Source: Diplonema japonicum
Taxonomy: Eukaryota > Protista > Euglenozoa: Diplonemea
Direction: 5' to 3'
DNA length: 64,000 nt
Assembly (NCBI GenBank): GCA_964019335.1
Contig: OZ025674.1
Location: 1-64,000 of the forward strand
Shown: positions 33,569-45,889 of the stretch, one piece after another
Layout: every line of letters begins with the position of its first letter
How positions within the stretch are numbered: the first letter of the stretch is position 1
Position numbers and translations under genes: made by a program
The notes under the pieces: generated by a model
What the model was told of the DNA's origin: nothing
What the model saw: the letters and a program-made list of their open reading frames with translations, nothing else
Database searches by the model: none

Positions 33569-35362
33569 ATGACGCGTACGGTAAACATCGGCTGCCACTC
33601 TGCTATGTGGGGTGACAGCAGCCTTAGTGCCCCTCAGCTGCTCAGGAGTGGTGAGATCAAGTACCTGGTTGGGGATTACTTAGCTGAGGTGACAATGGCC
33701 ATCATGGCAAAGGCTTTTCAGAAGAGCAAGGGAAAGCTGGGGTTCGCGACAGACTTCGTGGGGCTGGTAGTGAGGAACATTAAGGCTATCAAGGGACAGG
33801 GTGTTAAGGTGGTTGTTAATGCTGGTGGTGTGAACCCTCGTGGGTGCAGGGACGCGCTTCAGGAGGCTTTGAAGAAGGTTGGTGTATCTATGAAGATTGG
33901 CATTGTCGAGGGTGACGATCAGAGGGACAGAGCCCCAGAGTTCGCAAAAATTAAGGAGATGTACTCCGGCGAAAACTTTCCAAGCAAGATCATGTCGTGT
34001 AATGCTTACCTTGGTGCTTTCCCTATTGCCAACGCCTTGGCACAGGGCTGTGACATCGTGATTACAGGTAGAGTGGTTGACTCAGCCTTGGTACTCGGCC
34101 CGCTCATCCACGAGTACGGGTGGAAGAACACCGAATACAACAAGCTCGCATCAGGCACCCTGGCAGGCCATCTCGTGGAGTGTGGTGCACAGGGCACTGG
34201 AGGGTTGTTCACTGACTACCAAAAGCTTGAATGGACTAACGTAGGCTACCCTATCATCAAGGTGTTTGAGTCAGGTGATTTCCTTCTCACAAAACCCAAG
34301 AACACCGATGGCTACGTCGCCCCTGCATCTGCGACCGAACAGATGCTTTATGAGATTGGCGACCCAGGTGCTTACCACGTTCCAGATGTTGCTTGTGACT
34401 TCACTCAGGTGACCATCACTCAGCAGGACCCGAACACTGTCTTTGTGCAGAACTGTCTGGGTCAGCCACCTACGTCAACTTACAAAGTGTGCGCCACCTA
34501 CCCTGGCGGCTACAGCATGTGCCCCGTGCTCGTCATCCAGGGACGTGATGCCGTTCAGAAAGCACACAAAACAGCAGATGCCCTGTTCACCAGATGGGAC
34601 ATGATGCTGAAGCTCGCGAAGCTCCCTCCGTTGGAGGACAGGAGGGTGGAGCTCATCGGTGGAGGAGGCACGAGATACAACCAACCCGAGATCGCTAGAG
34701 AGACACGAGAGATCGTGTTGAGGATGTCGTTCAGGCACTTAGACATGAAGGCCATCAACCTTATCAGGAGGGAGATTTCGTGTGCAGGTGTTAGCATGTC
34801 GCAAGGCACTATTGGTTTGCAGGGTGGTCTTGCAGCCCCTTCGGCAGTAGTGAGATGCTTCTCCTTCCTGATCGACAAGAACTCGTGCACACCCCGAGTT
34901 AACATCGACAACGTGTCCACGCCTTTCCCTGTCAGCTGTGATGGCGGCTTCCCTGGATCAGCATCGCTGAAGGTGAATGTGCAGAACACTGCAGGTGGCG
35001 AGCAGGCTGTGATGACAACGATGACCCTGGACAACCTAGCCCACGGGAGGTCGGGCGACAAGGGCGACATTGCTAACATTGGTATTATTGCGCGCAAGCC
35101 AGAATACCTGGGTTTCTTGAGGAGAGTGCTTACCCCTGCGCGTGTGAGAGCCCATTTCGCCGCTAACTGCAAGGGCCGCGTTGAACGCTTCGACCTCCCA
35201 GGCACGGACTCAATGAACTTCTTGCTCTATAACACCCTAGGAGGAGGTGGTACCTCATCCCTCCACTCCGATCCACTGGCAAAGACGTACGCCTCGCAAT
35301 TGCTTGCCATGGAGATTAGTGCGCCTCTGTCCTGGCGTCTGCCCGAATACGCAAAACTCTGA
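33569..35362 (+). CDS. Acyclic terpene utilisation AtuA (DUF1446) family protein
   Basis: SAMWGDS, GDYLAEVTM, NAGGVNP, NAYLGAFPI, GRVVDS, GHLVECG.Q.TGG, EQMLYEIGDP.AY..PDV, AHGRSGDKGD.AN. Confidence 0.92.
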   Translation: MTRTVNIGCHSAMWGDSSLSAPQLLRSGEIKYLVGDYLAEVTMAIMAKAFQKSKGKLGFATDFVGLVVRNIKAIKGQGVKVVVNAGGVNPRGCRDALQEALKKVGVSMKIGIVEGDDQRDRAPEFAKIKEMYSGENFPSKIMSCNAYLGAFPIANALAQGCDIVITGRVVDSALVLGPLIHEYGWKNTEYNKLASGTLAGHLVECGAQGTGGLFTDYQKLEWTNVGYPIIKVFESGDFLLTKPKNTDGYVAPASATEQMLYEIGDPGAYHVPDVACDFTQVTITQQDPNTVFVQNCLGQPPTSTYKVCATYPGGYSMCPVLVIQGRDAVQKAHKTADALFTRWDMMLKLAKLPPLEDRRVELIGGGGTRYNQPEIARETREIVLRMSFRHLDMKAINLIRREISCAGVSMSQGTIGLQGGLAAPSAVVRCFSFLIDKNSCTPRVNIDNVSTPFPVSCDGGFPGSASLKVNVQNTAGGEQAVMTTMTLDNLAHGRSGDKGDIANIGIIARKPEYLGFLRRVLTPARVRAHFAANCKGRVERFDLPGTDSMNFLLYNTLGGGGTSSLHSDPLAKTYASQLLAMEISAPLSWRLPEYAKL

Positions 35363-35773
35363 GGCGATCCCATTGGTTCAGAGAGCTACACGCTGGCCTA
35401 CGTTTCTTAATTCTTTTCGGATTCACCAACTCGGAAGAATATCCCCTCTTTTTTTTAAAGTGTGTCAAGCACCCCCGTGTAACCTAAGCACCCCCGTGTA
35501 ACCTAAGCTAAACGCTGTTCGTCTACATGCTGAGATAATGGAATTGCATTCGAGTATCCATGTGACATGGATTTTTTAATGATTTTCTAAATCCCCTCTA
35601 ACCTCATACCCTGCTTGACACACTTCAGAGATATGAGGGGTATAAACACGAATGTCAGCGTGCGCATGGCGGACTATGCGACATTTGTGCGAACGTAAAG
35701 TGTTTAATTACCCTTTTCCCTTTTGTTTTCTTTTGTTTCCCTCTATATTTTTGAACACCTTGCATCACCTTGC

Positions 35774-38700
35774 ATGTCACCAGGTGAGATGAACTCAGTG
35801 CCTCCTCATCTTGTTAATTTTGCGTCCTCGTTGCGCAGCAAGAAAAGCCCGACTCCACCATCCTTTCCTGTGAGCAATGCACCAGCGCAGTATACGAGGT
35901 TCCAGACACGAGGGAATGGAAATGGAAATGGAAATGGAAAAGGGCAGCCTCCTCTACACACAACACTACTCGTGGAGTGCCAAGGCGACAGGGAAGCCAA
36001 GCAGCTCATGACGGGACTGGAAGGGATGTGCATGCTCAGCAGCTACAACTGCAACACATTACTCTTCCTCGATGGAATGGCATGGATGTGTCAGAGTTGC
36101 GATGAAGAAGTGCAGATGGTGTCACACTCCAAGCTACGGGAGGACTACTTGCAGGCTGCAACCCACGCAAACCCCTACCTGCTACTCGACAACAATAGCA
36201 CTGGGTGCTCAAAAGCTATTGTAGTGGATGGTCCGGTGGCTTCGACATCAGACCACCTTGACAGGTCCCACGGGACTGTTGTGGGCAACTTGTTCCACGA
36301 GGGTGTCCACTTGTGGCGTGCGTGCATTAACGACTTGTCATTAGTGTCCATCGGTCTCGTCTCAGCAGTTGGTGTTGGTGGACTGCTCAAGCAAGATGGG
36401 TCGCTGCCCGACTTCATAACTTGTCTTCGCAGGTGTCCCCTGGGTGACTATAAACTCTACCGCTGCACCGAGTTCTCGGAAATGGGTCAGAACCTCGCCA
36501 CAAACCTACCGCAAACCAACTTAGACGGCGAGGTGAAGTTCGCCGTTTCTTTCCCGAACGGCATTGTGTCATACATGTATAATGACGTCTTCCTCGGCTC
36601 CGTGACGTTGGGACCACTCATAGGTGAGCACACCGTAGGCATCCATTTGAAGTCGGGGGCAAGAGTAAAAATGATTTACGAACCTTCTGCCCCCGTCTTT
36701 CGCCCCATCTGTTCTGTGTCGGACTCCTCAATTGTAAATTTGTGCGGGAACCCCTTCAAACGGTGGGAAATGGAGGACGGCCAGGCGCACTCTGTGGGAT
36801 TCTCCCTCCCTTTGGGGATGGCAGCCTGCAGCCTTTTCGGGGAGGATGTCGCGCTTATCTCCGATCGCAACGTGATACGTGTCCTGTTCATAAAGAACCA
36901 GCAGTGCAAAACGGTCGCGCTGCGTATCAACGACGTGATCCAAGGCGCGGGTGACCTGTTGCTGTGTGGCCTTGTCCATGGTGGCGCCCTGCAGCCTGTC
37001 TATGTAACGGACTTGTTGAACCAGACTGTTCTGCAGGTAACACCAGACAGGTCGGATGTGTGGGAGGCTGAGGTTGTTGTCAGGAGGTGTTTCGTGATGC
37101 ATGGGCTCAGTGAGCTACATCACGGCGTTCAAACCGCCTGGGTCGATGGCGTGCTTGCAACTTCGTTTGGAAGGGTTCATGCAACTGTCACACCACTTGA
37201 TGCAAAGCGGCCATTTGGACCCGACACAGCGGGTGGAGGCCCATGGGGCTTGGCCGTCATGGGTACGTGGGTCTTCATTGCTGATAACAGGCGGCATTGT
37301 ATATTCGGCTGGAACTCTGCTCTACCTTCACATGAAGCAATTGTAGTTGCGGGGTCACCTGGTTCACCAGGGGAACGCGATGGATGGGGGACTCAGTGCA
37401 GATTACGGGGCCCTACTGGAATTGTTGCTGATGATACATCACTGTGCCTTTATGTTTGTGACACAGGAAACAATCGAATTGCCAAAATCTTGCTACGGTT
37501 CTACAGTGAACGGTGCGAAGGGTGCTTGAGTGCTGTCGAGCTAGTGGATGAAGAGACAGCCTCGACTCCTGTCAGCCTATCGGTCCCGGTTGGACTTTCA
37601 CTGTCGGTGTCAAACACGACCAAACACCTGATTGTATCCGAGTGCTACGCGAGGAAGGCTTACAGAGTTTCCATCATTTCCACTATGACATCCCACAAGA
37701 GGACGCCTTCTATTTCTGCGCCTTTGGAACGAATCTTGGATCTGCTGAAGGGACTAAAGGCATCGGCAGCAGGATCGGGTGACGATGGTTTTGCGATTGA
37801 TGAGGTTATTGAGCTTCTTGGAAAAGGAAAGAACATCTACTCAGCACGGATGGTGACTAAGGGCGACATGGACGAGCAGTTAGCTGGCTGGCTTCGTGCT
37901 GGCTTCGTGGAAACGGAGACCTACACGGCATCGCCGAACACGCAAGTATCTTTGGAACAGGCACCTACCACGTGGCGGCGGCCATCAATAAAAGAGGATG
38001 GCGGCCTTGTGTTTGCGATACAGGACGGCCCTGAACGCAAGAAGGTTGACATAAAAGGTCTTGACAGCTTTGACTTCAACATCTGGGAGTGGATTGAGCC
38101 CTGCGAGTCGCAAGGCGGCATCTTGTTCCAGGTGATGCTCAATATATTCCATGACTACAGCTTTCGGGAAAAGTTAATGATCGACAGAAATTACATGATG
38201 GCTTTCTGCCGTGTGACGCAAGTTGGCTACCAGGGCAACCCGTACCACAACAGCATCCACGCTGCCGATGTGCTGCAGACTGTCCACGCCATGCTCACCG
38301 TGACTGGACTCAACTCGAAGTTCACAACGTTGGAGCTTCTTGCCTTGTTCACTGCAGCTGCCATCCACGACTACGACCACCCAGGTGTCAGCAACCAGTT
38401 TCTTGTCGCCACACGCGACCCGCTAGCAGTTAGGTACAATGACATCGCTGTGCTGGAAAACTACCACGTGTCGCAGGTGTTCGATGCTTTCCGGACGCAC
38501 CCTACGTGCGACTGGACGCAGTTCTTGTCGCCAATAGATCAAAGTGTTCTGAGAGAAACTATTATCTCCCTAATCCTGAGCACCGACATGAAGCAGCACT
38601 TCTCGCTGCTGGGTAAATTCAAGGCCCGATTTGATGGGGTGAACAAAAATACGGAGTACAGCGACGAGGACAAGAGAACCCTCCTCAAGGCGCTGCTGCA

Positions 38701-39015
38701 CGCTGCGGACATCTCGAACCCAACAAAGCCGCCTGTCGTGTATTTAGAGTGGGTGGCATGCGTTATCGAAGAGTTCAAGCAGCAAGGTGTTTGCGAAGCT
38801 GAGAACGACTTGCCGTACAGCCCTTTCTGTGAACCGGAGCCCGATATCCGGAAGTATGCAACAACCACAATCATCACCACAGGTGCCAACGTGGGTTCAT
38901 CGACTTTGTAGTACGTCCACAGTACGTTGCGCTGACTAAAGCATTTCCATGCTTACGTCCATTGACCACGAGACTAGAGTCCAACTACAATGCTTGGAGC
39001 ACAATGACACAATGA
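35774..39015 (+). CDS. Class I cyclic-nucleotide phosphodiesterase with N-terminal NHL-repeat region (intron 38854-38882)
   Basis: NPYHNSIHAADV, AIHDYDHPG.SN, LENYH, STDM, HAADISNP; splicing restores KCQRGFIDFVVRP. NHL: GPWGLA..FIADN, GPTGI..LYVCDTGNNRI. Confidence 0.9.
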
Positions 39016-39081
39016 CACAGTTTTACTTGACTTGTTTCAATTTGAGACACACACACACACACACATAGATAATAGAACACA

Positions 39082-39810
39082 ATGACGACAAAGAAATCCA
39101 AGTCAGGGAAGACGGGACAACACGTGGCACCAAGCGACACCTTTCAGGCGGTGCGCCATCTACCTAGCTACGACGACAGGGTCCTTGCGATCAACAAGTG
39201 GATTGTGCAGGAGATCAAAGAACCGAAGAAGACAGGAGTTAAAGAGAAGGACACCAAAACCAATAAAACGGTTTATGACACGAACAGCAGGTACATGACG
39301 GCGACTGAGCTACTCGTGCGGCTGGTGAAGTACGGGCTGTGCAGCAAAGAGGTGTTCACGGTTATGGTCATCTTGCTGCGGCGTTTGAAGAAGCGATTCC
39401 TCGGCAAGTTTACAAAAAACAATATTTACAAATGCATGTCCGTTGCTTTCATCACGGCGGCCAAGCTCCGTGACGACTCGCACTACACGCTGAAATACTA
39501 CTCGCAAATTACAGGCATCTCCATTTCCCAGCTGTTTCAGTTGGAAACCTCTTTCCTGGTGCACTTGAGCTGGGACCTCTCCATCGCAGAGGAGTCGTAC
39601 GAGCGCACAGCATGTGCTTTTGACAAGTACGTGCTTCCCGTATCTGCTCGGGATGAGGAGCCCCCTGCGTCCCCTGTGAAGACTAAGCGAAAAGTCACCA
39701 AAGCTTCCAAGTCCGTTACGTCTAAAGCTCACACAGCACCACGAAAGGCACCTGATGTGCCTGTGGTGAATGTGTCGCACTTCCTCCAAGACCATGCTTG
39801 CTACGTGTGA
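39082..39810 (+). CDS. PHO80/CYCP-type cyclin (1)
   Basis: LVRLVKYGLCS...AAKLRDDSHY..KYYSQITGI...LE..FL..LSWDL. Confidence 0.85.
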   Translation: MTTKKSKSGKTGQHVAPSDTFQAVRHLPSYDDRVLAINKWIVQEIKEPKKTGVKEKDTKTNKTVYDTNSRYMTATELLVRLVKYGLCSKEVFTVMVILLRRLKKRFLGKFTKNNIYKCMSVAFITAAKLRDDSHYTLKYYSQITGISISQLFQLETSFLVHLSWDLSIAEESYERTACAFDKYVLPVSARDEEPPASPVKTKRKVTKASKSVTSKAHTAPRKAPDVPVVNVSHFLQDHACYV

Positions 39811-41517
39811 TGCAAGGCTGGTTGAGCTACGCTCCCGCCTCACACGGGCCATCGAATCGTACCGTACTTGAACATTTTTAAATTTCTTGCCAGATGGCCG
39901 CGGAGAAATTAAAGTGCAGGCTGTGATGGACATTGCTCTGCGTTGTGCCTCTATCAGGGCATAGCGCCGAGTGTGCGTCTTTCCTGCGACTGGCTTCTCT
40001 TGTCGTTATTCTTTTTTTTTTTTATATCTTGCCGCCCTTCATCCCCATCCCCATCCCACTCTCCACCCCTCCCGGCCACCACGCTGTGCGTCATTTCATG
40101 CATAGTGCTGGCAACGGCGCACGTGGAGGGTTGGGTAGATCTCTCTTAGCTTTCCTTAATAAAACTCTACCTATTCCTTCCTTCATGTCTTCGTGTTGCA
40201 TAAGTGTCTGAAGGCACTGAGACGGCAGGCGGGCGGGAATAGCGTCCGGCAGTCGACCACTATGTTTGTTCTGTTCCTGTTCTGGTTTTGTATGCAGCCA
40301 CAGGCTGGCCCTATTTATTTTCATTCCTTTTCATTTTTCTTTTTTTCATTTTTTTCTGTTTCCATTTTACTTTTTCACCCCCACTGAACGTCGCGTCTCA
40401 GACTCTTACGATGGCATGTCTTGCGTCGACGAAGGGCGGCCGTGTCTTGCTTCCCTTCTTACTCGAGGACTTCTTTCCAGGTTTTTTTGTAAAGACCGAA
40501 AGCCTCGGCGTGGCACTTTAAAAGAGTTTGGGCGTTTCTCATTTTTATTTTATTTTTATTCTTACGCGGAACCGAATCAAGCACGCCGTGAGAATGGATC
40601 GAGTTTCTTTTCTTATTATCATCGCCCTGCCCTAGCACGCAGTGTACACTCGGCTGGCAAAGCAGCCCGATATCCTCATTTGGTCATTAGGTTTTAGGCA
40701 CCCCTTTGCGATAATGGATATGTTATTTCCCTTCCTCTTCTTTGCGACAGTGCTTTTAATGTAACTTATACTTCATAGGGCCTCCTAAAAGTTTTCTTTT
40801 TTTAAAAATTTTTTTTTCTCTTGCCGCGAACCGACAGCTGAGTTTCCGAGACCTTTTCTGGGCATGAACATTCCTTACATGAAGGTCATTTGGGCCACAC
40901 TTCAGAGAAGTTCATGGCGATGTTCCCTTTTTTTTTTTTCTTTCTTTTTTTTTTAAATAAGAATTCTTTCTGTTTTTTTCTTGCAGGTGTATTGGACTAC
41001 TCCAGGACCACCTCAATTATTTTCTAAAGTTATCTTTCGCTCTTTCTTATTTGTCAAAACCTGATACACAACACAGGTTCCTTTGGTCTTTCACGCTGGA
41101 GTGTTGTTCTATGTGGGTGTTTCTACAAATGGACCTTTCTTTTTATTATTATTTTTCTCTCGCTCTCTTTTTTTCCCCCCTCGCTAATGGGAAAAGAAAG
41201 GGCGGGAGAAAAGAAAAAGGAAACCAAAAAAAAAAAAGAAAAAAAAAAGAAAAAAAGAAAAAAAAAAAGAGTAAGAACGAATGAAACAAAAAAAAAAATA
41301 CACCTTCAATGACATTTTTTCTTTCTTTGTGCTTTGTGCATTTGCGTCGATGTGTCTTCTCAAAGGTCGCACATCAATGTTGACCCTCACCCTCACCCTC
41401 GCCCCCCTTTTCTCCACCCCCTTTCTCCTCCCCTCCCAACGCATGCAGTACGTGGTGTCAAATGCTTTTTAGTATCGGCTTCTACTTAGTGCGTTATCAC
41501 CATACTTAGATAATAAA

Positions 41518-44500
41518 ATGTGCAGTGCGCACTTGATTGCGGCCGTGCTCCTCTTGCATGTGTTCACGTGCCGAGGGGACGACGAGCTACCTGTTCTGAA
41601 CGGGCTACTGGCTAGCAAGGTCTTCAATTTCAGCACTACACTGAGTGTCAAGGGCGTGACGGCAGAGGTGGCCGGCAACATAAGTAGCATCTACCTCCCC
41701 AAGGAGGGCCTCCGCGTAGTGCGGAGTGGGGACCACCTAAACCTCCTCCTCAACTTGAACTTGCACAGTTATGTCGCCTATCGCGTGAAGGAAGGGAAGT
41801 ACCTCGGGGAGAAGGGTACCGCCAACCTGACGGCCGAGCTGCAGTACACCGCAACATTGGACACGAGCAACAGAACAGATGTCAAGTACGAAAGCTGCAA
41901 AGCACACTTGAAACTCCCCGAATTTAAACTGACAGGCATGGCCGAGCTGCTACGCCTTGAGATTCTGGAGTACCTGAAAATAGAGATCCCGAAGGAGCTG
42001 TGCAAAGCCGAAGTCCCCTCTTTACTTTCCAGCAGCATTTCAAAGGAACTGGACAGCCTCGACGCCTTCAGCGTGATGCCCCTTCCGAACGTCGAACAGG
42101 TTAACAGAGATCAGGAAGCGCAGTTCGCACACCGCGGGTTGCTGCAGTACAACAAAAGCGCACTCGTGACGATCAACCGTGTCCTGCAGTCGGTGTTTGA
42201 CGTGCATGTGCCTGGCACGCCCTTGACTGCACTGGGAACTGTTTTGGACGAGCAAGACATCTGGGAGCCGTACTTCCCCAACCAGCCACAAGGGTTCCCC
42301 TCTTCGTTGAGCATTGGCCTGCATGATAGTTACACTAAGGGGGACCTCACTGTTGACATGCTGTATCTCTCCATAGAGGGTTTGGACACTGTGGGGGGCC
42401 TCACGCTTGACCCCCTCACTGCGAACAGCATACTGTTCAACGTCAACTTCACAGAGGTCAACATCAGCATCGCTGCCAACGTGAGCATCGGGCAGGCACA
42501 CAGTGTAGTTACCTTCGAAGTCAGCAAGCTGCGTGACTTCGGCATACTTGCCTCTGTTCTCATGCCTGTTAGCGCTCAGAGGATGGGTGCCATGTCTCTG
42601 ATGGATCTGGTGTCAAAGGACATCGGCTGCGTGCTCTATCCACTTGTTGCTTTCAACATCACTGCGCTTTCCGTGTCGCCTTCGAGTATATCTGCAATCA
42701 AAGAGCAGGGCCTCTTACAGGGTGAACTACAGCCGAGCATCAACACACTGCTGGCTACAATGCTGGGAACCTTCACACCTGATGTTTTCGAGGCCCTGCC
42801 TGCCATCTTCCAGTACAAGCTCCTCCCAGCTATCAACAGAGAGGCCATGGCCCTCCTATCCCCGTATTTGAATGCAACCGCCAACCCGTGCAAGAAGGAA
42901 GCAACACACAACATCAAGGAAGGCCTCGTATCGCTGAACAGCAGCACGGCCCTGAATGCCCTGCAGTGGGTCTTCAACGACTTCATCGGCGTCACAAACC
43001 AAATCAACCTCAACAACATCACACACGCGCTCATGGATGGCGCAGCGAACCTATCCTCGAGCATGGGGGCCCGTGTGCTTGAGTTCAGTGTTAACGTGTC
43101 CAACATCTCTGTAGGCGGTCTTGACACTTTCACGACTCTGGATCTGTTGACAGCCAAAACTGACTATACAATGCAGAATGCACTAAAGTTCAGCCCCAGG
43201 TTGGGGTTTGACCTCGCTTTAGACTTCAGTGCTATGGCACAGCAGCCCTTCTCGGGACTCGTGCACATGGACGTGTATCTGCCTGGCTTCTTTGTCAACG
43301 TCACGACGATGACGAAAGTGGTCAAGTCTCTTCTTGGTGGTGTGCCAGTTGGCAAAGTTGTGTCACCCTCCTGCCTGCTCTCGACGCTTGCCCCAGAGGG
43401 CCTTGCTGTGCCTGCCTTCAATGGCAGCGTCGACAAGGTGCTTGTAACGCTGACGATTTTGGAGCAGCAGGGTCTGCCTATGCTGCAGCAGTTCGAGGCC
43501 GATCTCCTGAAGCCTGAAGCCATTGAACAACTCACGAATTCACTGAACGTCTTCCTCAACCACGACATGAACGTAATCATGAACAGGAATGCCACCACAC
43601 AGCAGCTCAACAACATAGCCGCAAAGAGCTCGTGTGCCGAGGAGCCACACACCCCGAGTCCCACTGCGGCCGACAAGGTTGTACTGACGCAGACAGACTG
43701 CTACATCATGGTGTTCGGGACGGTGAGTGTCTTTGCTTTCATGCTGCTTGTCATCTACGTGTACCGCAGGCACAAGAACGAAAAGGGCAACGAGGCCACC
43801 CCGCTGATGTCGGTGAACGAAGAAGAAAAACATGTCACGCCATCGCTCATGATGCACCCTTCAATTCCCGTTTATGTGAGGTACGGGATGCCTGTCCTCT
43901 TGTGCTGTATCATATGCCTGTTCTTCGCTGGGAATATAGGGCTTGGTGCAAGGGTTCGTGCGACGACTCACCTCGCAGGCAACGAGGTGCAGCTGGACGA
44001 CGTCTTCTCATACGACCTTGTGTCCACCATTAGCGACATGTGGAACGGCGATGCGTACCTGCTGTCCGTGCTCATTGCCTCCTTCAGCGGGATCTGGCCG
44101 TATATCAAACTCCTGTTCTTGCTGTTCACATGGTGCTCGCCTTCTTCCGTGCTGTCGACCCCCACCAGGGGGTACATCTTACGTGTCATTGACATCTTGG
44201 GCAAGTGGTCCCTTATTGACGACTTCATGATAGTTATTTTAATGGTCGCCTTCAGGTTGCACTTTAAGTCTCCCGAAGACTGGACATTCATGCCTGAGGG
44301 ATTCCTTGGCCTGGATTTGTACGTGGTCCCTCGCTTCGGGATGTATGCGTTCCTGAGTGCAGCCATCAGCACGCTGGTGCTGAATCACGTGCAAATCGCC
44401 TACCACCGCAGTGCCATGGAGCACGACCAGGGCTTCGAGAAGGGCTGGTTTGAGTTGGGTGCGAACGACAATACAAAGCGAGTGTTGTGTCTTTTCACCG

Positions 44501-45234
44501 ACGACTGCCAGGCAGACAACACCAACAACAAAAAAGGGAACCGTGTCACCTTCACGCGCAAGGTCACAGCATGGGGTATCACCTTCTTGTTGGTCTTCAC
44601 CATTGCGCTCTTGGTGTGGGGTTGCACCGTTGACGCCTTTAGGTTTGAATTCGAGGGCTTGGCGGCGTATGCCCTTGACATCACGAGCCCTGGCGCACAG
44701 ATGACACAGCATTCTGTGTTCAGCCTGACGTCGCTGATCAGCCAGGCCTCGACACCTGGAGACTACATTGGCTACGCGTATATCATGGTGACCTTTGTGA
44801 CCTTTTCCTTTTTCACACCTGTGCTGTCGATGTTGCTATTGATCCTTTTGTGGACTGCGCCCCTGAAGCTGAAACACCAGAAGATGCTGTTTTTTTTGAA
44901 CGAGATGGTCGCAGCGTGGTCAGCGATAGAGGTCTTCATTCTGGCGCTTATGGCGTCGCTGTTTGAGTTGCCACAGTTTGCGCAGTTCATGATCGGGCAC
45001 AAGTGTGATGTGATCAATGACTACACCCGTGCCCTGATGGGACCCTTAGACCTTAACAACAGCAAGTGTTTTGACGTGTCCTCCACGCTGCTTGACGGGT
45101 GCTGGCTGCTCTTCTCTGCAGCTATTCTCTCGAACTTCACATTCCAGGTCACATGGTACGCAGCTGAGCACATGATCAAGAAAGTGGAGCGCCATACAAC
45201 TGATGAGGAGGTGCAGGTCAACGGAGAGCCTTGA
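41518..45234 (+). CDS. Large membrane protein: signal peptide, lumenal region, C-terminal PqiA-like multi-TM domains
   Basis: N-terminal hydrophobic signal; FSGIWPYIKL...LGKWSLID and FTP...AWSAIEVF PqiA-like motifs. Confidence 0.75.
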   Translation: MCSAHLIAAVLLLHVFTCRGDDELPVLNGLLASKVFNFSTTLSVKGVTAEVAGNISSIYLPKEGLRVVRSGDHLNLLLNLNLHSYVAYRVKEGKYLGEKGTANLTAELQYTATLDTSNRTDVKYESCKAHLKLPEFKLTGMAELLRLEILEYLKIEIPKELCKAEVPSLLSSSISKELDSLDAFSVMPLPNVEQVNRDQEAQFAHRGLLQYNKSALVTINRVLQSVFDVHVPGTPLTALGTVLDEQDIWEPYFPNQPQGFPSSLSIGLHDSYTKGDLTVDMLYLSIEGLDTVGGLTLDPLTANSILFNVNFTEVNISIAANVSIGQAHSVVTFEVSKLRDFGILASVLMPVSAQRMGAMSLMDLVSKDIGCVLYPLVAFNITALSVSPSSISAIKEQGLLQGELQPSINTLLATMLGTFTPDVFEALPAIFQYKLLPAINREAMALLSPYLNATANPCKKEATHNIKEGLVSLNSSTALNALQWVFNDFIGVTNQINLNNITHALMDGAANLSSSMGARVLEFSVNVSNISVGGLDTFTTLDLLTAKTDYTMQNALKFSPRLGFDLALDFSAMAQQPFSGLVHMDVYLPGFFVNVTTMTKVVKSLLGGVPVGKVVSPSCLLSTLAPEGLAVPAFNGSVDKVLVTLTILEQQGLPMLQQFEADLLKPEAIEQLTNSLNVFLNHDMNVIMNRNATTQQLNNIAAKSSCAEEPHTPSPTAADKVVLTQTDCYIMVFGTVSVFAFMLLVIYVYRRHKNEKGNEATPLMSVNEEEKHVTPSLMMHPSIPVYVRYGMPVLLCCIICLFFAGNIGLGARVRATTHLAGNEVQLDDVFSYDLVSTISDMWNGDAYLLSVLIASFSGIWPYIKLLFLLFTWCSPSSVLSTPTRGYILRVIDILGKWSLIDDFMIVILMVAFRLHFKSPEDWTFMPEGFLGLDLYVVPRFGMYAFLSAAISTLVLNHVQIAYHRSAMEHDQGFEKGWFELGANDNTKRVLCLFTDDCQADNTNNKKGNRVTFTRKVTAWGITFLLVFTIALLVWGCTVDAFRFEFEGLAAYALDITSPGAQMTQHSVFSLTSLISQASTPGDYIGYAYIMVTFVTFSFFTPVLSMLLLILLWTAPLKLKHQKMLFFLNEMVAAWSAIEVFILALMASLFELPQFAQFMIGHKCDVINDYTRALMGPLDLNNSKCFDVSSTLLDGCWLLFSAAILSNFTFQVTWYAAEHMIKKVERHTTDEEVQVNGEP

Positions 45235-45889
45235 CTCTATTAACGTTTCCCCTTTAAGGTTTGAGTGATCGCACTGAAAAAAAAAATATCGATTTCCTCT
45301 TTTTCTTTCTTTATTTGATGGGTCGGTGCTAACACGTCACCCCTATCATTGTAATTCCTTTTTTTTCCTTTTTTCTGCATTGTCTTCAGACACACTTTAG
45401 AACGTTATTTCTTCCTCAAAATAAATTGACTTATACGAGCTTTCCCCAGCTTTTCTACGGGAAATTTACCTCTTTTGTTGCCCGACTTCTGGCCAAGGGA
45501 GTTTACTATGTCTTCTTCTTCTTCTTTGTTTTTTTTTTTTACACAGTTTGTTGTTCTTTCAACATGCCCCGCCTTGTCCTCTATCTATTCCCCTAATGTG
45601 ATTGGGTTATTGTAACACCCTCGTTGTGAGTTTAAGTTTCTTCCCCCCTCTTTTTTTCTTTGTATCTATCTGCCGTCGGTTTCCCTTTGCCCCATTTGGC
45701 TTCATGCTCGGGGCATAGTTAGCCGGCGTTCCCCGCTAGCGGAATAGGTCCATACCTGTTCACTGGCTCTATTAGCTCTGCCCTCTTCCCACGGCTCCAT
45801 GCTCTTATGGGAATCTAACCTGCAGGTGTATAATATTTTTGTGTGTTTCACGACATGCCCCTTTTGTAGCCTTCTCCAGCAGAAACAAG

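Noticed and set aside
33569-35362. AtuA as a recent bacterial transfer
   Set aside because: The family also occurs in many eukaryotes and the codon usage is host-like; this cannot be claimed without a tree.
35467-35508. 19-bp tandem duplication AAGCACCCCCGTGTAACCT
   Set aside because: Only two copies; simple slippage.
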